Assembly: GCA_013416795.1 (NCBI GenBank)
Contig: RQSC01000002.1
Coordinates: 59,442-123,441 of the forward strand
Direction of reading: 5' to 3'
Origin: Prasinococcaceae sp. CCMP 1430
Taxonomy: Eukaryota; Plantae; Prasinodermophyta
DNA length: 64,000 nucleotides
Below are positions 20,951-32,752 of the stretch, piece by piece (within the stretch, counting starts at the first letter, position 1; each line of letters begins with the position of its first letter). The notes under the pieces are model-generated. The model saw only the letters and a program-made list of their open reading frames with translations. It did not search any database and was not told the origin of the DNA. The position numbers and the translations under genes are program-made.

Positions 20951-23096
20951 GTTGCCGCGCGCCAGCGGCCGCCACCAGCATGTGAACGCATACTTCATGC
21001 TCCGCGCTCGAGAGGTGAGCTGCGGCGGGCTTGCGCACCGCGCGGGACGCCGCTCGGCGACGTCGCACGAGGTCACGTCGCGGCTGCAGTCGTGGCTCGA
21101 GGATGACTCGTTGCGGAATTGTACGGCCATGTACTGCCCGCTGCTGCCGCCGCCGCGCTCGACAATCGCTGCGTGCTTCAGGCCGGACGGCGCCGTGCTC
21201 GCATCCACGCACGGGGATCACACCGTGAAACTCATCGATGCGAGTACAGGCGCGTGCGTGTGCACGCTCTCTGGCCACAGGCGCACGCCGTGGGTGGTGC
21301 GCTTCCACCCGAACAACCCCAACGTCCTCGCGTCCGGCAGCCTCGACGAGAATGTGCGCGTTTGGGATGCGCGCACGGGCGATTGCATGTACTCGCACGA
21401 CTTTAGGCGCGCCATCGCGAGCCTCGCATGGCACGCCAGTGGGGATGTCATCGCCGTGGCGGCGGGGCACAGATTGTACGTGTGGGACGGAGATGTCAGC
21501 AAGGCGCCTACCGGTGGCACGAAGATGGCGGCCCCGGTCGTTGTCCTACACACGAAGCGCTCGCTGCGAGCCGTGCACTTTCACCCACTCGGCGCCCCAC
21601 TGCTGCTGACGGCCGAGGTCAATGCAGCCAAGACCGAGCAGGACCCGCCGGCGTCGGCCGATTGGTCGAGGTGGGGGCAAACTTGGACGCGGGGCGGCGA
21701 GGGCAGCGGCAGCGGCGCGGCACACGCGCACGCGCACGCGCAGCAAGCGCCGAGCGCCGCGGCGGCCGCAGCGGCGTCTGCAGCCGCCGCTGCCGTGCGC
21801 CAGCCCGAGGTGGCCGGCCGCATGGACGCACGCGGGGTCATGCAGGCCGCAGTCGCCGGCCAGATGCTGCAGCAGCAGGGCGGGGTGGGCACTGCCGCAG
21901 AGGGAGGCGGCAGCGGCGGGGTCGGTGGCTCGCAATCGCCAGCGGTCTCGATGGACGTCGATGGGGATGCCGGCGGCGATATGCGATCCGCCGCCGAGCA
22001 TGGTGGCGCGAGCTCGCTGAACTCGGTGTACGAGGCCATGAGCGCCGCTGCCATGGCGGCCGAGCGGTACACCGACATCGACCAGACCCTGTCCGGCCCC
22101 GAGCGGCAGGCCCTGATCGCGGCGGCCGCGGCTGCGGCAGCGGCCCAGGCTGCGCACAGCGAGGGGGGCGGCGACGGCGATCAGCCCATGCCGGACAGCA
22201 CAACGCACGGCGGGGGATCGCAGCAGCAAGGATTTACAGCCAGCGCCGCGGGCACTGCGGCGCCCTCGGACGGCGGCGACGCATCGCATTCGATGTGGGA
22301 GGCACCACCGGACCTCACACTGTTGCAGACGGTCGGCGGTGAGGCATCAGCAGCGACGGCGGCCGCCGCCGCCGCCGCCTCGACGGCTGCCGCCGCCGTC
22401 GCGGCGGCGGCGACAGCGAAGGAAACGCCGTGCACTGTGATGCTCAAACTCTGGCCCTTTGACAAGGACCGACCCACCAGAAACCTGAATGGCGTCTCCC
22501 CGCGCTTGACCATCCCGCACGCGGTACTGTGCTCGGAGATGGGCGCGCACCTCAGCCCTTGTGGGCACTACATGGCCGCGTGCGTGGCCTGCAGGGCTCC
22601 CGAGGCTGAGGCGGCGCGGCCCGACGCGGCGACGGGCGACGCACCGCTGCAGGCAGGTGTCGTCTATGAGCTGAGGATATATTCGCTGCGCGAGGCAAGC
22701 TTCGGCCAGGTGCTCGCGGCACGCCCCGTCCGCGCTGCCCACTGCCTGACCTCGATCCAATTCAGCCCCACAAGCAAGCACGTGCTGCTCGCGTACGGCA
22801 GGAGGCACATCTCACTCCTACGCTCGCTCGTCGCGCACCGAGGAAGCATCATGCCAGTGCACACAATCTTGGAGGTATACCGCGTGAGCGATATGTCGCT
22901 CGTGCGCATGCTACCGAGTGCAGAGGACGAGGTCAACGTGGCAACGTTTCATCCGCGCTGTGGCGGTGGCCTCGTGTACGGCACCAAGGAAGGGCGGCTG
23001 CGCATTCTGCAGCACGGCCGACTGCCGCCTGGCGCCAAAGCTGAGGGAAACGCTGGGCAGGCGAATGCCCTAGAGGACTCCCTCATCGGCTCGTAG
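20951..23096 (+). CDS. AMBRA1-like split WD40 protein (plant type); first exon(s) unresolved, probably in or near the gap
   Basis: CAG acceptor at 20950. PPPRSTIAACFRPDGAVLASTHGDHTVK...GHRRTPWVVRFHP..LASGSLD, a long low-complexity insert, then PCTVMLKLW...AVLCSEMGAH..LTSIQFSP...EDEVNVATFHP..GLVYGTKEGRLRIL. Confidence 0.85.
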
Positions 23097-23411
23097 CATG
23101 CCCCCCCCCCCCGGGACGCCGCTCTAGTTGCGGTAATTGCCTCACGAATGAAACACAGGCGAACCAGCGCCGCTCGCTGGCAACGCACACATTTCGCTGA
23201 GATTACATACGCGGTATGATACAGTGGAGTGGGGGCGCACCACGCCGGGCTTGCGTCGGGTCCGCCCCTGTCTGCAGCAGACACTTGGCGTGCGGCGGAG
23301 CGGAGAGCGCTCAGGACCCATGGCGCATGCTCAACGCATGTCGAAGTCGCCATCGCTGCTGTCCGAGCACCGCAATGGCGAGAGCCCCCCAGCGCGTGAC
23401 AGCGGCGGGCG

Positions 23412-25763
23412 CTAGCGCGAGACCCCCGATTCGGAGCGCCGTCTGTCGATGCTGCTCCGGGCCGGTTTCGTTGAGGACCTGCTCGTATGGCTCCGCCGTG
23501 CCCTCGCGGGGGCGTCCCCGCCAGCCCCTCGTCCATGCTGCTGAGGCGGAACCTTCGCCGCATCCTTTTCCTCCCATGGCGCGTGGTCCTCGTATGCGGC
23601 CGCGCTGGCGCCGGCGCGCCTCCTCTCAGCGACTTTCCCCCAGCTGAGGCAGAGGCAGCCGCGCCGCTGCGCCGCTGCGTCAAGCTTATCCTCAGCCCAC
23701 GCAGCCGCGGGCAAAGGCGGCGCGACAGCGGCAAGCTGCTGTCGAGCGCTCTGAACCCGCTGCAGACGCGACGCCGCGCGCTTTCTCCCCTGCTCCGCGC
23801 GCTGCTCGGTCGAGAGTGCCAGGGCGGGCAACCTGACCGCGGTCCCCTCGCCAGTGTCCACCTCCGCCATCTTCGGGTCGAGGGGAGGGTTGGGCGTGAC
23901 TTCGTGGTCGCGCATGTAACCAAGAAACTGTCTTGGGACCTCCTCAAGCACAGCTGCGGCGAGCTCGGCCTCGGGGCGTCCCGCAAACTCGCGTAGCTCA
24001 ACGAACTGCACAATATCTCGCGACGCGTACTTTCCATCCTGCTCGAGCAAAGCATCGTCCGAGTCGAGCAATTTCATGGTCTCGAAGCTTTTCGCACCTA
24101 CGCCGGCAATGATGATCGACATGGGCAGCTCCGACGCGGCCACGATGGCGCGCTTCGTTTCGGCCATGTCTTGGATGTTGACGTTTCCGTCAGTCAGAAT
24201 GAGCAGGATGTGGTATATCTGCCGGTCTTGCGTGGCGTGCTCGCTGGCAGCCTTGGACGCCTGCCGTATGACGGGCGAGAGATATGTTGGACCAGCGAGC
24301 ACCACGCGCGGCAGAGCCGCCTTGTAGGCCTCGAGCACGCCTTCAATGTCGTCCACCTCCACCTCCCGCGAAAAAGTCAGCGGAAAGCAGTGGCTGACGG
24401 CCTTGTAGTTCGGCGGCACCTTCGCACCGTAGCCATACAGAGGAACCATGCGGTCGCTGTCGTAGTTCAGAAGGAGACCAGCAACCGCCTGCAGTGCCCG
24501 CACGTACTCGTTGGGGGCCTAACGGAGGAGCACATGGCGCGGCGACCGGTCAGACGCGCGCATGCGGGCGAGCGGTCGGGCCGGTGCATGCGCATGCGCG
24601 CTTTGCATGACGCCAACGCACCTTTGGATCCCAGAAATGCAGACTGCGCGGGTCGGCGGGGCTCTTGTTGCTCGCCGTGAAGTCGATGGCCGCCGAAAGG
24701 CATATCTCGCAGCCACCGCGCACGTATTGCAGAAATGTGTTGGCCTCGTAGAGGGCTACGCGCGAAAGTGCCAGGCTCCCCGCCTGCCCGCCGCTGTCAT
24801 TCCGAAGCGGGAGGTCGTGAGCGCCGTCGCCTACCAGCAGCGCTGCCATGGTGGTGGTGGCGGAGCCCAGCCGCACGTGCTGCCCGTTGCCGCGGTACCG
24901 GTGCACCTCGATCACGATGGGCCGGTCGTCTTCGCAGCGGCACAAGCGTTCAGCCTGGAGGTCAGCGCGTCGCCAGCCCTTGCGGCCAGCGTCTGAGGCT
25001 TTGATGCTCTCCGAGCGGAAGACGGGCGTCGTTTGCTGCACGCCCTTGTCGTCACCCTCGCCCCTGCGAGCACATCGAGGCGGCGAGGGCCGGCGCGAGC
25101 GCGTTGCGCAAGCTCGCGTCAGCTCTCCAGAAGAGGCAAGAGGGGGAGCGTAGATGCGCGAGCGCGTGCGCATGCCGCACGCGCGTGCAGCTCGACATAC
25201 CCGCAAGTGTTCCGGGCGAGCGTGCGCAGGACGGTGAAAAATACCTTCCCATTGGCACGCAATCGAGTGCCACGCACGACGAAGCTCAGCGTGTCCGCGG
25301 CTTTTTCAGTGTGCCACTCCTCCGCGGATAGCGTGAGATAACCGCGGCGGCGCTGCAAGAGCTGCGGCCGGCGGTACTTGAGCTCCTTGGTGAGCGCCCC
25401 GCCGCGTGCGGTCACTACCTCTGAGAGCAAGACGTCGACCTCGCCGATGAAGTCCTGTTCGTTGAGCGTGTACTTGTTGTCCATATCGTAGAGCTCGATG
25501 CGCAGCGGCTGCGTCTCATGAAAGATGTACGGCAGGAGGAATGTGCGCACGAAGCGTGGGTTCAGCGTATCCTTGATGCACTCGGTTCGGCCGACCTCTC
25601 GGAAGTTGCCGCGCGAGTCGCCGGCGTAGCACACAGCGAGCGGGTCAGACTTGGAGAACCAGTCCAGATTCACCAAGCCACTCGCGCTGAGGGAAAGCTC
25701 CACTTTGCAGCCTGTGAGGCGGCGCCCACTTTCGCCATAATATCGCGGGCCTGGCGCCGCCAT
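23412..25763 (-). CDS. Copine (C2-C2-vWA; BONZAI-like)
   Basis: Exons 25763-25201, 25063-24622 and 24518-23412 are phase-consistent. Motifs: LDWFSKSDP, GRTECIKDTLNP, AIDFTASN, YDSDRMVPLYGYGA, LLILTDG, LPMSIIIAGVG, RDIVQFV. Confidence 0.92.
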
Positions 25764-26284
25764 CCCGATCCCGGGCGCTGGTGCGGCAGGCAGCAGGCGC
25801 ACCGCCCCTGCGCAACAGCGCCGCCCCGCGCGGCGCGCGTTGCTGCGCCCCCTCGCCGCTCTGGAGGAGCTGGCGGCCGCGCGAGGCCGCGCGGCCGCGC
25901 GGCCACGCGCGCACCGCGTGTGGCGAGTGGCGCTTGCGGCCGTGCGCCTTTCGAGCCCAAGAGAGGGGGGGGAAGGGGGGCAGAGGGCTCGCGCAGGCCG
26001 GCAACGCCACGCGTGCGCTCACCTGACCCGAATGCGCCACCAAAAGCGGCGGAACACGAATTGGTTTGACGTTTGGTATCGCGTCGGATCTGGAGAACGG
26101 GCGCCCGCGGCCGGCGGCAGGGCGGCGGCTGCCAAGGCGGGCCGGGCGCGAGCGCGGCGCGCGGCAGCCCGCGAAAGGGCTTGGGCGCCTGCAAGCGCGC
26201 GCGAAGGGACGGACCAGGACACGCCGGCGGCGGCGGCGACAGCGGGGGGGACGCGGATGCGCGAGGTTTGCGGAGGCAAGCTTT

Positions 26285-27188
26285 TTACCACTCCGTGCCA
26301 AGGGCGCGCGCACCGGTGAAGAGCGCTCGCAGCGCGTCGACACTCGTCTTGATGTTGGCAACGACTCCGGGCCCGACCTCCTGGCCCTTTTCCTCGCTCA
26401 GACCCCAGGCCTCGAGGGTCGCGCTTCGGTATGGCACCATGTACACTCCCGCCTTGACAGTCTGCTGCAGCACCCACGGGTGATAGGGCGCAAGCTCCTT
26501 CTCGTACGCCGCCCATATCGGGTCAACCATCGACTCCTCGGACGGATCCGCCTTGATGAGCTGCTCAATGAAATTGCAAATGAAAGCCAGCCCACGCGTG
26601 AGGCGCAGCAGGTCGCGCGTGACGCTGCCCTTGTTCTTCACAGTGCCAGCGGCTATGTCGGCGTCGATGGCCGAGTCGAGCGTCGACTCCGACGCGCGCT
26701 CAACAAGAGCAGTCGCCTTGGATGTGAAGTCGTCGCCCGCAAACTTCAAGGACGGGATCCATAGGCGCCGGCAGTGTCAGTAGAGGCACCAACGTCTGGA
26801 GCGCATGACGAGCCCTGGGGACCGCGACGCGCATGTTCGCACCCAGGCGTGGCGCGGCATTTCTTTTGCGCATTGGACAGCTGTAGAGCGCGCGGCAACT
26901 GAGCGTGCGCGTGCGCACGCGCGCATTGGCGCAATGGTTGAGGCGCGAGCCGACAGACAGGAAGGAGAGGCGGACTGGGACCTGAGACCGTGCGCTTGAG
27001 CCGTCCGCCGCAGTTGCACGCACCTTGAGCGCCATGCCCAACGAGCAGAACAACGGGGTGATCGTGTCGCACGCCTCGCCGACGGTGCGACCGCTGAGCT
27101 TGCCGGCGTCGCCGCCGGCGGCGGCGACCGCGGCGGCGAGCGAGGCCATGCCTTCGCATGCGTGAACGAAGATCCCCTCGGACGCCAT
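26285..27188 (-). CDS. ACD11-like glycolipid/sphingolipid transfer protein (GLTP fold)
   Basis: Exons 27188-27024 and 26743-26285. Motifs: LFCSLGMALK|FAGDDFTSK, TRDLLRLTRGL, AYEKELAPYHPWVLQQTVKAGVYMVPYR. Confidence 0.85.
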
Positions 27189-27450
27189 GCCTGACCTCCG
27201 CGGCCCTCCGCGCGGCGGAACAGGGCGGGGAAGGGCGGCCGGGATGCGCGGCGCGCGCGCGGCGTGTGGCCCGCGCGGGGGGCCACGCCACCCAGAGCCG
27301 GAGAATGAACACCTTTTCTCACCATGAGAGTGATCCTGCGGCACAGAGACCACGCTGCGACGCAACGGCTGTCCACGCTCGAGAAATCGAAACCGCTCAA
27401 ACAAAAGGTGTAAAACCTAACCCGAATTTTTCCGATTCAACGCGGTTTTT

Positions 27451-27526
27451 ACCATCACGATGACACCATCACGATGGCACCATCACGATGGCACCATCAC
27501 GATGGCACCATCACGATGGCACCATC
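27451..27526. repeat. 14-bp tandem repeat (ACCATCACGATGGC), ~5.4 copies, internally palindromic
   Basis: Units start at 27451, 27465, 27479, 27493 and 27507, with a partial unit at 27521. Each contains CCATC-AC-GATGG. Confidence 0.95.
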
Positions 27527-27833
27527 TGATTGCACTTTGACGGAAAACGCAACCCAAACCCAACCCCGACTGGACGCACATGCACGTACAGTACTGCACG
27601 TGCTTTTTGATGGAGCGCGTCCGGCACGCGCGCGTTTTGGTACGGGGTGGCCGCGGCGGCTGGGGCGGCGGCTGCGCGAAGCGGCGCGTGCGGGGTGGGG
27701 TGGGAGGGGGGCAAGGGACTCTGGGGTCGTGCTGAGGTGGGAGTGTGGGGGGTGCCACAAGGCGCGGCGCGGCGGCGCGGGGAACGGCGTGCGGCACGGT
27801 CGGCGGCGGGGGGAGGGGGCAGAGGGGGACACC

Positions 27834-29429
27834 ATGGACGGCGGTGGCGGCACGCGCCGCTCGCGGTGGGAGCCGGCGGATGAGCCCCAGGGCGATGCTA
27901 AGCGCCAGCGCAAATCGCGCTGGGAGCCGGCGCCCGCCGCCCCCGACCCAGCGGCGCTTGCCGCGGCGGCTGCGGCGGCGCTCGCCCCGCGTGGCGCCAT
28001 CGTTCGCCCGCCTGGCGCGCCCATGCCAAAGAACGCCGTGCCGATCATCGCCGTGACGGGTGAGCCGCCGCCGACCGCGCCGCAGGCGATCCGTGACACC
28101 CACTACAAGCTCATGGACGTGCAGGAGAAGCTGCTCGACGGCACGCTGGGCATCGACCCTGACCCAGCGCGCCGCTCGCCGTCGCCCCCGCCGGTGTACG
28201 ACCGCAACGGCCAGCGCATGAACACGCGCGAAGCGCGCGCCAAGGAGCGACTGCTTGGCCAGCGCTCGGACCTCATCGGCGAGCTCATGAAGATCTGCCC
28301 GGGCTTCCGCCCGCCGGCGGACTACAAGCCGTCGAAGAAGATCGCCAGGATCCCTGTGCCCGTCAAGGAGTTCCCCGGCTACAACTTCATCGGCCTCATC
28401 ATCGGGCCGCGTGGCAACACGCAGAAGCGCATGGAGCGCGAGACGGGCGCCAAGATCGCGCTGCGCGGCAAGGGGTCCGTCAAGGAAGGGCGGTCGTCCA
28501 CGCGGCGCGACATGAAGCCCGACCCCTCGGAGAACGAGCCGCTGCACGTGCTGGTGACCGCCGACACACAAGAGCAGCTCGACAAGGCGAAGGAGATGGT
28601 GAAGCAGCTGCTGACGCCCGTCGAAGAGGGGCGCAACGAGCACAAGCGCGCGCAGCTGCGCGAGCTGGCGGCGCTCAACGGCACCCTGCGTGACGACGAG
28701 TACTGGCTCATGCGCAAGCAGGAGGAGTCGCGCGGCGACATCTTCCAGATGCCGTCGGCGGTCAAGCAGCAGATGAACGAGCAGTACAAGCGCGACGCGG
28801 CGCGGATGGGTCACGACGCCAGCAACCTCGACGACGAGTACGACTCATTCCTCAAGGAGCTTGGCGGCGGCGGACCAGCGGGGCCGTCGCATGCGGGGGG
28901 CGGCGGGCGCGCGGTGCCGCAGCCGCACCCGTCGCAGCAGCAACAACAGCAGCACGCGCCGCCTATGCATGCGCAACGTCCGCCCGCGCGGGCGGCGCCC
29001 GCAGGACCGCCTCCGGACCCGACCATGGTGTACGTTGGCTTCCTGCAGGCTTCGTACGGCGAGGCGGAGGTCAAGGCCCTCTTCGAGTCGCAGGGCACGG
29101 TGGAGAGCGTGCAGGTCATCCGTGACGCCGCAGGCAAGAGCAGGATGTTCGGCTTCGTCAAGTACGCCGATGCCGCGCAGGCCTCCATGGCTGTGTCGGT
29201 GTTCGACACTCTGGTCATCGAGGGCAAGCCGCTGAAGGTGAAGATCGCGGGGAGCGCAGGAGCGCCGCTGCCGCCCGGCATGGGCGGAGGCAGCGCGGCA
29301 GCGCGGCCGCCTCAAGGCGTGGCAGGTGGACCGTCCGGCTGGGGCGCGCCACCCCTGGGCAGTGCGCGTGCGCCCGCGCCTGGCGCGGGCGCGTGGCCGG
29401 GTGCGTCCTCCAATGGAGCGCCAAAGTAA
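27834..29429 (+). CDS. SF1: Splicing factor 1 / branchpoint-binding protein (ULM, SPSP, KH-QUA2, plant-type RRM)
   Basis: [81 protein letters not shown], then an RRM (VYVGFL...FGFVKY). Confidence 0.93.
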   Translation: MDGGGGTRRSRWEPADEPQGDAKRQRKSRWEPAPAAPDPAALAAAAAAALAPRGAIVRPPGAPMPKNAVPIIAVTGEPPPTAPQAIRDTHYKLMDVQEKLLDGTLGIDPDPARRSPSPPPVYDRNGQRMNTREARAKERLLGQRSDLIGELMKICPGFRPPADYKPSKKIARIPVPVKEFPGYNFIGLIIGPRGNTQKRMERETGAKIALRGKGSVKEGRSSTRRDMKPDPSENEPLHVLVTADTQEQLDKAKEMVKQLLTPVEEGRNEHKRAQLRELAALNGTLRDDEYWLMRKQEESRGDIFQMPSAVKQQMNEQYKRDAARMGHDASNLDDEYDSFLKELGGGGPAGPSHAGGGGRAVPQPHPSQQQQQQHAPPMHAQRPPARAAPAGPPPDPTMVYVGFLQASYGEAEVKALFESQGTVESVQVIRDAAGKSRMFGFVKYADAAQASMAVSVFDTLVIEGKPLKVKIAGSAGAPLPPGMGGGSAAARPPQGVAGGPSGWGAPPLGSARAPAPGAGAWPGASSNGAPK

Positions 29430-30020
29430 ACACCAAAGCGACCCCTGGCCACCCTGCGAGCTCTACGCTGCGGCCGCTCCTCTCGTGCCGGCGCCACAGG
29501 CGCGAAAGGGCGGGGCTCGCGATCCTGACGCGCCGCTACCGCTCATCCACGTCGACGGGTTCGACGCCGAGCAGGTGTGGATGCAGCTCGAGCGCCAGAC
29601 TGCGCCCGTCTTACGTGCCGTCAAGAAGCGTTTCTCGCGCGCGGCCGCGGCGGTCGAACGTGGCGGTGCCGAGGCGATGCTCCGCGCACCTGCCACCACC
29701 TCAAATTCGGCCTCCAAGCGCCGGCGAAACAAGCAGGCGAGCCGCCAGGTGGGGCGTGCGGAGAAGGGCGCTGCGGCTTTCGACGACAGCAACGGCGATG
29801 TCTCCGATGAAGAAGACGGAGGAGAAGGCGACGGTGAGCCCGGGGGGGGGGACAGCGCAGGCGACGAGGGCGACGAGGGCGAGGGCCTGGAGCTCAAGCC
29901 ATCAAAGAAGCGCCATGCGATGGAGACGGACGACTTCTTCCGTCTGAATGACCTCGAGAAATTCCTCAACGACGCCGAAGCTGACGAATTTGAGCGCGGC
30001 AGTGACGACGAGGACGTCGA

Positions 30021-30065
<45 letters not shown>

Positions 30066-31593
30066 TGCTGATGACGACAGCGATGGCGGCCTCGACGACG
30101 ACTACGACGGTGACTACGACGACGAGGACCTGCGTGACGCCTTCGCAGCGACGGCGGCAGCCTCGGGCGCAAAGATCCTCGGTGGCGCTACCCGAAGCAG
30201 ACGTGGCAACGACAGTGAGAAGGGGCGCAGCGACTACACGTACGAGGAGTTCTACGGCAAGCGCAGGACGGCAGGGCGGGCTGGGCCATCCGAGGCCATG
30301 CTGAACGATCGGGCATTGCTGGACGGTGACTACGATGACGAGGGCGGCGAGAGTGAAGAGGACGGAGAGGCGGGCGCGCGGAGCGGCTCAGACTCGGAGG
30401 GCGAGCCGGAAGGGGGCAGGGACAGCGATGATGGCAGCGATCACAGCGACAGCGATAGCAGCGATAGCGACAGCGACAGCGACGAGGACGCGCGCGAGAT
30501 GGAGCTCGAGGCTGCGGCCGCGGCGGAGGATGGCGAGGTTCCCGCAGATGCCGCTGCACAGGAGGCGCTCGAGACCGCCCACGAGCGGCGCGCGGCGCGC
30601 ATGGCCAAGCGCATCAGTGAGATGGAAGACAAGGCCATGGAGAGCGCACACTGGTCGATGGTGGGCGAGGTCAATGCCAAGGTGCGCCCCAAGAACTCGC
30701 TATTGGAGGCCGAGCTAGACTACGACCGCGGCGCGGGGCCGGCGCCCGCGCCCACTGAGGAGGCGGCGGCGGAGCTCGAAGAAATGGTCAAGCGGCGCAT
30801 CGGTGCGCGCGAGTGGGACGACGTCAAGTGGAAGGCAAAGGAGGACGGCGGGCGGGTCGCGCGTGCGGAGATGGAGCTCAATGACGAGCGCAGCGGCGCA
30901 GGCTTAGGCGAGCTCTACGCGCAGGACTTCGAACGCAAGTCTTCTGGCCTTGGCTCGGCCGCGGCAACGGGCGAGGAGGAGGCACGCGCGGAGGCGGAGC
31001 GCCTCTTCGCGGCGCTCTGTGACCGGCTGGATCGCCTGTCGCGCACGCACTACACGCCAAAGATGGTGAGCGAGGAGATGCAGGTGAAGGCGGCGGTGCC
31101 CGCGATGCAGCTCGAGGAGGCGGTGCCCGAGGTGATGACCACAGCGGGCATGCTCGCGCCGCAGGACGTGTACAAGGGCGAGGGCGGCCACGGTGCGGCG
31201 GGCGCGCAGGTTGCCGAGGCGGAGCTCACGCACGACGACCGCCGCCGCCGCCGCGCGGCCAACAAGCGCAAGCACCGGGCAGAGCACGGGCCCAGCGCGG
31301 AGGACGAGGGCCAGCGCCTCGACGCGGCGGTGCGCGTCACGCGCCTGAACGCCGCCGGCAAGGAGATGGCCGGCGGCGGCAAGAAAGCGAGGCGCAAGGC
31401 GGACGACGCGGCCGCCGCCGTGGCCGCCGCCGCCAAGGGGGCGCGCTCGGAGCTCACCAAGTCGGACGCATTCTTTTCGCACTTGCAGGACGTCGTCGAC
31501 ACCGACAGGGCCGGTGGAGACACCGCGCGGCGCGCAAAGAAGGCGCAGGAGGCCATGGACAGCCGCCCCAAGACCGCCACCTACCGCCTGTGA
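29413..31593 (+). CDS. MPP10: U3 snoRNP protein Mpp10; start codon uncertain, overlaps the SF1 stop
   Basis: [31 protein letters not shown], acidic tracts, [61 protein letters not shown]. Confidence 0.9.
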
Positions 31594-32533
31594 ACGCGAG
31601 GCAGCGGGCCTGGGTTCGCCGCGCCCGGCTGTTGCGCGGGACGGGGAGCGCGCGCAGCCCCCTGAATCCACTAATAATCGTGGCGAGCGCCGTGCGCGCT
31701 CGACACACTTTACCAACTGCCCCGCCGGCTCGTCCGCCGCCGCCCTGCGCCGCTCGCCTCGCGTCCCCTCGGCTCGACTCGACTCGCCTAGCGGCCACGA
31801 TGTGCTTCGCGCAGCGTGCGGGCCTTGCCCCTCGCGCGCCCCGCCCGGCCCCGCGCGGCGCCGCCCACCGGCTCCGCGCGGCCGCGCTGACGTGTCGCGC
31901 CGCGCGCGCCGGCCGGGGCCGGCTGGGGTCCCCTCTCTTCCTCGCTCTCTCGCCCTCGCCTCCTCCCCCCCCGCCCCGGACGCGCGGGCGCCTGCGCGGT
32001 GACTGGTCGCGGCAGGTCTCCCCTCTGTCTCTCGGTCGAGCGAGCGAGCGAGCGAGCGAGCGAGGGCTCCCGCCACACCCCACCCACCCACCGCCCTTCT
32101 CCACTGCGCGCCCCTTCCCATGCTGCGCCCACGCCCATACCTCACACTCCACACACACGCACACACCACGCCCCGGCCGGTCCCCCGACCGAACCACCCC
32201 ACACCCACCTCACACCCACCGCACCACCCACCTCACACCCACCGCACCACCCACCTCACCACTCATCCCCGCTGCTGCAGCGCCCTAAATCGCGCGGCTG
32301 CGCACACGCGCGCGATTGCACCCATCAAAACGAACGCGCGCGCCCGACACCGCAGCCACACGGGCACTGCAATGCTTTGTGACCATACGTGTGCGTGTGC
32401 GTGTGTGCACGGTGTCAGGGTTGGGTGTTTCAGGTTAGAAATTTGAGATAGGGTTAAAAATCATGCGCCGGTCAACATGGCGCGCGCGCGGGGGTGCGTG
32501 CGCCACAGGGCGCGCGGGCGGGCGCGGGGCGCC

Positions 32534-32596
32534 ATGGTGCTCCTGCACGTGAAGGCGGGCGAGAAGCAGGAGTTCATACACGAGGCCACGGTCGCG
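32534..32596 (+). CDS. CFAP298: First exon of CFAP298 (C21orf59/FBB18)-like cilia protein; the rest is lost in the gap
   Basis: MVLLHVKAGEKQEFIHEATVA followed by a GTGAGG donor. Resembles the CFAP298 N-terminus (MVLLHVK...QF) as I recall it. Confidence 0.6.
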
Positions 32597-32643
32597 GTGA
32601 GGGGCGCGGCGCGGGGCGGCGCCGCGGCGCGCGCGGGGCGGCG

Positions 32644-32752
32644 NNNNNNNNNNNNNNNNNNNNNNNNNNNNNNNNNNNNNNNNNNNNNNNNNNNNNNNNN
32701 NNNNNNNNNNNNNNNNNNNNNNNNNNNNNNNNNNNNNNNNNNNNNNNNNNNN
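32644..32752. other. Assembly gap (N run), probably much larger than the 109 N shown
   Basis: Run of N; the two flanks appear to belong to different genes. Confidence 0.95.

Noticed and set aside
18480-21470. ORFs of 360-996 aa spanning the first N gap
   Set aside because: Artefacts of translating through Ns; the flanks belong to MIS12 (-) and the AMBRA1-like gene (+).
27451-27526. CRISPR-like palindromic repeat array
   Set aside because: Units are head-to-tail with no unique spacers, the context is eukaryotic and no cas genes are present.
30020-30066. (GACGCC)n repeat, and the CAG tracts in several genes
   Set aside because: Ordinary coding microsatellites (DA repeat, poly-Q) in disordered regions.
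31799-32290. Transit-peptide-like ORF (MCFAQRAG...LTCRAAR) and a short C/A-rich tandem repeat near 32205-32260
   Set aside because: No mature-protein domain follows; likely GC-rich UTR/intergenic sequence.
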